Source: Chthoniobacterales bacterium (GTDB taxonomy: Bacteria > Verrucomicrobiota > Verrucomicrobiia > Chthoniobacterales > Chthoniobacteraceae). From it: a stretch of DNA of 64,000 nucleotides. The number at the start of each line of letters is the position of its first letter. Position 1 is the stretch's first letter. The notes below the pieces were generated by a model. That model was not told the DNA's origin and ran no database searches. It saw only the letters and a list, made by a program, of their open reading frames with translations. The stretch is taken from contig JBBQZX010000021.1 in the NCBI GenBank assembly GCA_038207335.1, forward strand, positions 1 to 64,000, given 5' to 3'. Position numbers and translations under genes: made by a program. Shown in pieces: positions 56,587 to 64,000 of the stretch.

Positions 56587-59500
56587 ATGAAAGCATTTGC
56601 CGCATTCCTTTTGCTCGTCTGCGCTCCGTTCGCGGACGCCGCTTCGTTGTTTCAAGATGGCTTCGAGACAGGTCCGCTCGGGAGCGCATGGACAGTGACA
56701 AGCAGTGGCGACGGGCGGGTGGCGATCCACGATGACTTTGGCCTGCGACGGGTGCGCGGCATTTGGTGCTGGATGATGCGGTGAGCGATGCGGCGAATTC
56801 CGTGGCGGAGGCGACGCTGACGCTGGACCTGGCGCACAAGAAGAATGTGGTGCTCTCTTTCAAGGCGAAGAGTCTCGGCAATGAGCCGAATCCGCCCCCG
56901 GCGAACAACTTCTCCAATACGCGCAACTACGACGGCGTGGCAGTGAGTGTCGATGGGGGGACCACTTGGAGGGCGGTGCAGTCGCTTGCGGGTGTGGGGA
57001 CGGATTGGGAGAGCTTTAATATCACGCTCGATAGCTCGGTGGCGTGGCTGGGGTCGTTTAGCGCGGGCTTTCGCATCCGCTTTTCGGAATATGACAACGC
57101 GAGGGTGCCGATCGATGGGATCGCGATCGACGATGTCGCGGTGACCGGCGACGACGACCTGAGCGCGGTGCTGGAGCTGCCCTCGTCGGTGCGCGAGGGA
57201 AGCGGGCCGTATATCGGCTACGTCCTGCTTTCTTTCTCGCAGCCACAGGCGGTGACGGTGGCGCTGGCGACTTCGCCCACGGGGCAGGTGCTGCTGCCGG
57301 CCTCCGTGGTGGTGCCTGCGGGGCAGTCGTACGCGAGCTTTGAGTTCACCGTGGCGGACGATGCGCTCGTGAATCTTACCCGGATCATCACGGTGACGCC
57401 CTTGGGGCCGGCCGGCTTCACGGGCGTCCCGAGCAGCATCGTGGTGCTGGACGACGAGGCTCTGCCCACCGCGACCTTGACCCTGCCCGCGCAATTGAAG
57501 GAGGGGGAGCTCCCAGGGGGTAATGCCTTCATCTCGCTGAAGTTTCCCGCCACCGCACCGATCGTTTTCGATATCACGACGAGTCCTGCGGGGGAGATTT
57601 CCGTTCCATCGACGGTCACCGTCCCCGCTGGCGCGACGCTGGCGGGCTTCACAGCTCAAGCGCTCAATGATACGCGGCTCGATGGGGACATTCTCGTGAC
57701 CGTGACGGCGACCGCGCCCCTACTCGCCCCGGCTGTGGCGCAGACGACCGCCGTGGACGACGAAATTCCCGCGCTCTCCCTGGTGCTGCCCGCGACTTTG
57801 ACCGAAGGTGCCGCCGGCACAGCCACGATCAACATGTCCGGCGCGCTGCCAGCGGCCCTGACCGTCAATCTCACCAGCTCGCTCACTGCCGCGCTCACGG
57901 TGCCCACGACGATCATGATCCCCGCGGGCCAGACGACCGCGACATTTCCCCTGACCACCGTGGACGACGGCCTGATCAATTTCGCCCGCTCCGCGACGAT
58001 CAGCGCCAGCGGAACCGGCGTGTCGAGCACTTCGGCCAGCCTCTCCGTGCTCGACGACGAAACGCCGCCGGTGCTCACGCTCACGCTGCCCGCCACCGTC
58101 ACCGAGGGCCTTTACCCCGCGTGGAATGCCACCGTCTCGCTCAGCACCGCCGCTGCCGCTCCGCTGACCGTCGTCTTCACTACCAACCCCGGCACCGAGC
58201 TGAGCCTCCCATTTTCCCTGATCATCCCCGCCGGCCAGACGCAGGTGGCGTTCACCGTCCAGGCGGCGAATGACACGCGCATCGACGGCGACGTCCTCGT
58301 CTCAGTCTCCGCGACCCCGTCCAGCGCATCCGGTGTCGCGCCCGCCACCGCGAGCATCACCACCATCGACAACGAAACCCGCGTGCTCACCCTCGCCCTC
58401 CCCGCCACGATCCTAGAGGGCGGCACCGGCTCCGGCACCGTCACGATGTCCGGCACTTTGACGACCCCGCTCGTGGTCAGTCTCACCAGCTCGAAAGTCA
58501 GCGCGCTCACGCTTCCAGCCACCGTCACGATCCCCGCCGGCGGCACCCAGGTCAGCTTCATCGCCACCGCTCCCGACAACGCCGCCACCGACGGCAGCCG
58601 CCCCGTCAATGGCACCGTTGCCGCCGCGACCTTCACCGGCGCATCGGCCGCCGTCGTCGTCCGCGACAACGAACTCGTCCGCTACAGCTTCAGCGGCCTG
58701 GCGAATATCGTGAACGTCTCCAAGCCGCAGACCATCACCGTCGGCGGGGCCGATGTGGAGGGGAACATCATCCCCGGCGTGCTCGGCACGGTGAATCTCA
58801 GTCTCGTCCGTCCGGACGGCACCACCCAGCCTTTGACGCCGCCCACCGCGGTGCTCTCCGGCTCGGCGGGTTGGACCGGGAGCGTCACACTTCCCGCCGT
58901 CACGGTGGGGCCGCTGAAGTTGCGCGCCACCGGCACGGGCGGCATCACCGGCGACTCGAGCTTCTTCGACCCGCTGAACGTCCTGAGCCTCACGACAGCC
59001 GACCTTTTGTGGGATGGAGTCCGCAAGCGCATCTTCGCGAGCGTGCCTGCCACGGCGGGCGGCGCTTATGCAAATCAGGTCGTCGCCATCGATCCCGCCA
59101 CCCTCCAGATCACTGGCAGCGTCACCACCGGCCAGGACCCCGGACAGATCGTCATGACTAGCGGCGGCGAATACCTCTACGTCGCGCTCAAGGCCAACGG
59201 CACCGTCGATCGCATCGAGCGCAGCCCCACCGCTGGCACCTTCATCGGCTACAACAACTACACCAGCGGCTTCGGCCTCACCCGCCTCCTCATCGCCTCC
59301 GACGGCGTCACCATCACCCAAACAAATTCCAGCGTCATCAGCGGCTACTACGTCGAAATCCGTAGCTCCGGCTCCCTCCTCGCCTCCTCCAGCGGCCTCA
59401 TCGTCGATGCCGCCAGCCTCACCCTTAAGTCCAACCTCGGCACCACCGGGCGCCCCTGCCTTGACACCCCCTACCAGCGCGCCTACATCGTCAATGGCGC

Positions 59501-60089
59501 CAGCCTCCGCGCCTTCGACACCACCACCGGCAGCGCCACCGGCTCCCTCACCCTTCCTACCACACTCACCGGCGACTGGGCCCTCAACTCCCTCCGCTGG
59601 GGCCTCGACGGCTTCGCCATCCTCGGCCCCGACAAAATCTACCTCGCCCGCTGGTCCGCCGCCATCCCCGCCGCCCTCGACTCGAACAACGACGGCACCT
59701 CCGACGCCTGGGCCGCCGCCTACTTCAGCACCTTCACCCTCGACCCCGCGGCCGACACCGACCGCGACGGCATCGCCGACTCCCTCGAATACCTCTTCGG
59801 AACCTCCCCCCTCACCGGCAACCGCAGCCCCATCGCCTTCAGCACCACGAAAGCCGCCGGCCGCACCATCCTTCACCTCACCTTCCCCCGGCGCGCCGAC
59901 CTCGCCCCTGGCTCCTACGGCTTCCTCGTCGGCACCGACCTCGCCACATGGCAGCCCGTCGCCAGCCTCACCGAGACCATCATCTCCACCCAGATCATCG
60001 GCGGAGTGAAAATCGACACCATCGACGCCGCCGTGCCCTCTCCTTCCGAGGAATGTGGATACCTCAGGTTAAAGTGGACCCATCCCTAA
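56587..60089 (+). pseudogene. Large secreted Calx-beta-like repeat / beta-propeller protein, frameshifted near its 5' end (real lesion or sequencing error)
   Basis: The signal-peptide ORF MKAFAAFLLL...DDFG joins the 1108-aa ORF if one C is added at about 56741 (giving ...DFGPATGARHLVLDD). About six P..V.IPAG...F...DD repeats and a C-terminal DxDxDG...EY domain. Confidence 0.7.
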
Positions 60090-60106
60090 GCCCGCCAGCC
60101 CTGCCC

Positions 60107-60469
60107 ATGCACCGCGCCACCCTCACCCGCTGTGTGGAAATCCTCCCCATCGTCGTCCCCGTCGTCCTCATCATCGGAGCCATCAGCTTCCTTTCCCGAC
60201 CCTCCCCCCCGACTCCCCTCGACCCCGCCCGCCTGCACCCACCCGGAGAACCAGGCGTCTCCTATTGCACCCTCGACTCCGCCGGCCATCTCGCCAGCAC
60301 CCAGCACAAAGACGCCCGCGGCCTTTCCCCCCTTGAAATCCTCCACACCCCTACCGGCGACATCACCATCCAGCGCACCTTCGGCGACACCGGCACCCTC
60401 TTAAAAGAAGAAGCCTTCCGCGCCGGCCACCCCGTCCCCCTTCCCGCCCATAGAAAGGCCGAACAGTAG
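60107..60469 (+). CDS. Hypothetical membrane-anchored protein
   Basis: N-terminal TM segment; starts 17 nt after the previous stop; same codon bias. Confidence 0.55.
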   Translation: MHRATLTRCVEILPIVVPVVLIIGAISFLSRPSPPTPLDPARLHPPGEPGVSYCTLDSAGHLASTQHKDARGLSPLEILHTPTGDITIQRTFGDTGTLLKEEAFRAGHPVPLPAHRKAEQ

Positions 60470-60593
60470 CTGCCGACTGCGGCGGCCCGGAGGGCAGAAG
60501 AAGCGAACGGGTGGCGCCATCTCACGGAGGAACGACCACAGCTACGGCAGGGGCGTCGGAAGCCCCAGCAGGAAGTGGAATCTCCAAAGACGG

Positions 60594-61903
60594 TCAGCGA
60601 CTTAGAACGCGATGTTTGCGGCGGGCCTTGCTTTTGGAAAGAGAGGGCAAGATCACGCCTTGCGCAGCGAGGGATTCCGGAGCAGCGGCTGGAGCGGCTT
60701 CCACCGGAAACGCGAGTCGGTAGAACCGCGACGTGAAAGCCGAGGCGGCAGCATCTTCAAAAAGAAAACCACCGTCGCCCGCGGCCCGCACGGTGCCGAT
60801 CGGCTGAAAAGGCGCGTCGAGTGTCTCCGTCGCGAGCACTGTGTGCGTGCCGTTAGGGACGGCGCGGCCGCGGAGGGACAGCTTCCCATCGGTGCCGCGC
60901 TGGATGCTGCTGAATTGGAGTTCCCCCGCGACTCGCACGATGGTGCCGTGCGAGAGGAAGCCGGGCGTGCTGTCCTGAATCACATTGACGAGCGGCGCCG
61001 CGGTGGCGAGGTCATCGTAGGAGTCAGTGTAGGCGAGACGCCCGGCATTGCCGGGCTGAGAATTCGACACGTAGATGCGCCAGTGGCCGTTGCCGAGCGG
61101 GAGAAAGTTCACGCCTTCACTGCCGTCGTGCTGCCAGTATCCGGGGCCGGGATCGCCGCTATCGATCCTGGTGTATTCGGATAAAGGCCCGACGACGCTT
61201 TTCCACAGTTCCTGCCGCGCGGTCCCGGAGTTGTGGATCGTCATGTACCACGCGCCATCGTGCTCCAAGATGAACTGCTCGAGGAACACCGGCGGCAGCC
61301 CCGACCCCGATGCGCCAGTGATAAAGCCCTGCGCGGTCCAGTTCGTCCCTGTGGAATCCGTGCGCCGGAACACGTATTCGTGCGCCACCCCCGTGTCGTA
61401 GTCGATGCCGGGGCAGGTAATGTAAGCGTCGCCATTGGCAGCGATGTAAAACTCCGGTCCCCAGCACTGCACATGATGCCCCTGCGTCACGACGGGGATA
61501 TTCGCGACAAAGCTCCAGTGAATAAGGTCCGTGGACCTCGCCAGCCCGAAATACCATTCGTCATGTCCAAAGTAAGGACTGCGAGGCGGCGACCCGATCA
61601 CCCCGAAATCGCCCGACGTATAGCACACGAACCACGTCTCGCCGATCCGCGCGATGGAGGGATCGCGGAGATCATCCCCATTGGGCGGCCGGAACAAATC
61701 AAAGGAGCCGCTCTCATTCTGCAACATCCGCCAAGTAATCCCGTCGTCGCTCAACCCGATCCGCAGCGCCTGCACTTCGTTGTTCAAGTTCGACATCACA
61801 TACCGCGCGCCCGGGATGATCGACCCGGTATCCGCGCGGGCCACCCCGCCGGCACGAGCGCGCACACGATCGCGAGGAAAAGGCAGTTCATTCTGGTAAA
61901 CAT
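60594..61903 (-). pseudogene. Secreted GH43/GH32-like five-bladed beta-propeller protein, frameshift in the signal peptide
   Basis: LRDPSI, STDLIHW, CWGPE and SEG motifs. MFTRMNCLFLAIVCALVPAG joins VARADT if one G is added in the run at 61844-61847. Confidence 0.65.
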
Positions 61904-61958
61904 CACGTGGCGGGAAGCAGCGAGGAGGCAACAGCTTCGACCCTTTTCAAGCGCCCCG

Positions 61959-62144
61959 CTACTCGCCTTCCTTGGAATCGGCCGGCAGGTCCAGATCCGG
62001 CCTCATCCGCATGAGGTGGAGAGCGAGTCCGCGTTCGCGTGGGCGAAACCACACCTCATCCAGCCAGAGGCGGCCGCTCAGATTGTAATCCCGAGCCAGG
62101 GGGTGGAGCTCGTCGAAATACGCCGGCGGGTCCGGCTCCTTCAA
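61959..62144 (-). CDS. Short hypothetical ORF, possibly a gene fragment
   Basis: 61-aa ORF overlapping the upstream stop with protein-like composition; family not recognised. Confidence 0.3.
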   Translation of the reverse strand: MKEPDPPAYFDELHPLARDYNLSGRLWLDEVWFRPRERGLALHLMRMRPDLDLPADSKEGE

Positions 62145-62674
62145 TAGTCCACCGGGGGCGGGGGAACCGGGACTTGAGTATCATGAAACGCCAACAGCTT
62201 CTCCGATAACCGCCGCGCAAAAACCAAGCAAAGCCCGCCCAAGACGACATTCACAAAAGCCCGCCCGATCTCACCAAATGCCGTCTGAATCTGTGGAACG
62301 GTCGAATCCGAAGCGGCCGCGAGGGAGACTTCATAAAAACCCCAGGCCGCCACAGTGCCAGCCGAAGTCAGCATAAAGCGGAGCCCGAGGAACACAAAGG
62401 CGAGGCAATACAAGTCTTTCAGTGTAATCCCCCCTAGCGCGACTTCCCGATCTGGCTCTGGCGTCACCTTCACCGCGAGACGTCCGGCATAGCGCCACAT
62501 GCACACCGCTGCGAGGCCGAAGAAGAGGGGGCTGAGATATTCCACAAACGTCTTCGAAGCCCGGAAAGTCATGGAATGCTGCACTGCCTCCCCCACAAAA
62601 ATCGAAATGGCCTCCACCCCCCACAGTACCGCGAAGACTCGGAGGACGATGGTGACGATGGCGCTGAGGGGCAT
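62141..62674 (-). CDS. Hypothetical 4-TM membrane protein
   Basis: Four hydrophobic segments; ATG start. Confidence 0.7.
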   Translation of the reverse strand: MPLSAIVTIVLRVFAVLWGVEAISIFVGEAVQHSMTFRASKTFVEYLSPLFFGLAAVCMWRYAGRLAVKVTPEPDREVALGGITLKDLYCLAFVFLGLRFMLTSAGTVAAWGFYEVSLAAASDSTVPQIQTAFGEIGRAFVNVVLGGLCLVFARRLSEKLLAFHDTQVPVPPPPVDY

Positions 62675-62844
62675 GGGTATGAGGGTTACTCCGACACCAT
62701 CAGGCCAAATGAGCCAAAACCAAGCTTCCGCAAAGGATGCGCCGGGGAGCCATGCCGCGACCTTTACAGGAGAGGAAAAGGAGGAGGCAAGAGATATCTT
62801 TTACTTTCCACCGGATGGGGTAGGGCTGCGGCGGGGGGAGGGGT

Positions 62845-64000
62845 CTAGCGGGTGGGCTCGGGCCAGAGCCAGTCGCGGGCTTTGTAGCGGGAGGGGGTGG
62901 TGGCGTCGGTGAGGGTGGAGCCTTCGTCGTCGCGGGCATTCGCGCCGATGGAGTAGAGGAGGAAGGTGGCGGGGGTGGTGCGGCGGTAGCGCATGGGGGC
63001 TCCATTGATGATGTCGGCGGGGATGGCGGGGAGGAGCGCGGGGACCAATTCGGAGAGGCTCTCGGGGTAGCTGCCATGCTGGATGCGGAAGCGCTCGAGG
63101 GCGCAGGCGATGCGGGTCTGGCGGCGGGTATTTTCGAGAGTGATGTAGCGGAGGAGGATGGCGTCCGTGTTCGATCCGAAGGCAAACGGCGTGGATATCG
63201 GTGGCGTAGCAAAGAGATCGGCACTGCGGTCGAACCCGGTTTCCAACTTTTTCAGGGAGCTGTCGGTGTCTTGGTTCTCGCGCACCTGCTTTCGCCAATG
63301 GTGCCCGGAGACGAACTCGACCCAGAGTCTCCACTCGGGCGTGAAGGCACCAAAGGTTCCGCCGATCGTCCTCCATTCTGTGAATGACATGCCGCGGCAG
63401 GCTTCCTCGGCGTCATTGATGAATCCGCGCTCGGAGGAAAACGTGAACCGGCCATCGGCGGCGAGGTCGATTGTGTCGAGCTCGGAAGCGATGCGGGTGA
63501 GGTCTTCGTCGCGCCAGAGGTGGGCGGCGATGCCGGAATCCACGGCACGGATCATCGCCGTGAAGTTCGTGACGCGCATCATCCCGCTGACCATCGAGCG
63601 CTCGGGGAGGGTAGCGCGATACAGCCGGGTGAGGTCGAGGAAGTCCTCGAGCGCCTCTGCAGGCTGCCCGGTGGCAAGATGCGCCTGCATTTTCATGCAG
63701 AGGATGGAGCCGATGTGCCAGGCTAGGACGATGGCACCTGAATCGAAGTCCGGCAGAGGCTTCGTGCTCTGCGGGAAGCGACTGCCGGGGCGGGAACGGG
63801 CGGCGCGGAGGTCGGCGAGGTCTTTTTGGTAACGCTCCAGTCCGAGGAGAACGGCGGCACCGGGGTCGGCAGGGGCGGTTTCCTTTGTGAGCCACTTCTC
63901 ATCCAGCATGGCTGTGCGCTGGGCTTCGAGCCGCTCGGCGAGAGTGGTCTGCGGGACGTTCAGCTTTGGCCTTGGCAGTGGGAACTTCCCCGACGACTCG
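62845..64000 (-). CDS. Conserved protein with GspG-pseudopilin-like C-terminus; 5'-truncated by the window edge
   Basis: The frame is open to the window end; C-terminal IACALERFRIQHGSYPESLSELVP...PADIINGAPMRYRR...LYSIGANARDDEG. Confidence 0.8.
   Translation of the reverse strand, partial: ESSGKFPLPRPKLNVPQTTLAERLEAQRTAMLDEKWLTKETAPADPGAAVLLGLERYQKDLADLRAARSRPGSRFPQSTKPLPDFDSGAIVLAWHIGSILCMKMQAHLATGQPAEALEDFLDLTRLYRATLPERSMVSGMMRVTNFTAMIRAVDSGIAAHLWRDEDLTRIASELDTIDLAADGRFTFSSERGFINDAEEACRGMSFTEWRTIGGTFGAFTPEWRLWVEFVSGHHWRKQVRENQDTDSSLKKLETGFDRSADLFATPPISTPFAFGSNTDAILLRYITLENTRRQTRIACALERFRIQHGSYPESLSELVPALLPAIPADIINGAPMRYRRTTPATFLLYSIGANARDDEGSTLTDATTPSRYKARDWLWPEPTR

Noticed and set aside
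61840..61850. Classical phase variation at signal-peptide frameshifts
   Set aside because: The runs are only 2-4 nt, too short for typical slipped-strand contingency loci.

Overview
High-GC bacterial chromosomal window, most consistent with Verrucomicrobiota, probably Chthoniobacterales-like. This is inferred from the PEP-CTERM proteins, passenger-strand-repeat adhesins, an ExbB/multi-ExbD cluster, a PUR protein and conserved secreted-protein C-termini. Housekeeping genes include priA, tsaB, metG, trpS, nnr, rfbA, mlaE-F-D, a rhaEW-type aldolase/SDR, hslR and a ROK kinase. Interleaved with them are many secreted or surface proteins, a solitary Fic gene, and a lemA-TPM-TPM operon extended by two thiol-type methyltransferases. 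I found no rRNA, tRNA, CRISPR array, transposase or integrase. The most notable observations are: (1) REP-like palindromes inserted in frame in priA and in an M28 peptidase; (2) two identical TACCGA-N11-TCGGTA palindromes upstream of fic; (3) a 30-bp inverted repeat in a divergent promoter region between two large secreted-protein genes; (4) a degenerate 42-bp tandem array; (5) ExbB with a C-terminal zinc ribbon plus three ExbD and no TonB; (6) several normally Cys/metal-binding folds that lack their cysteines; (7) a low-GC in-frame segment in metG; (8) kb-scale C/G strand-skew flips; and (9) a cluster of frameshifted or deleted accessory genes beyond 44 kb. All family calls come from visual motif recognition, not database searches.
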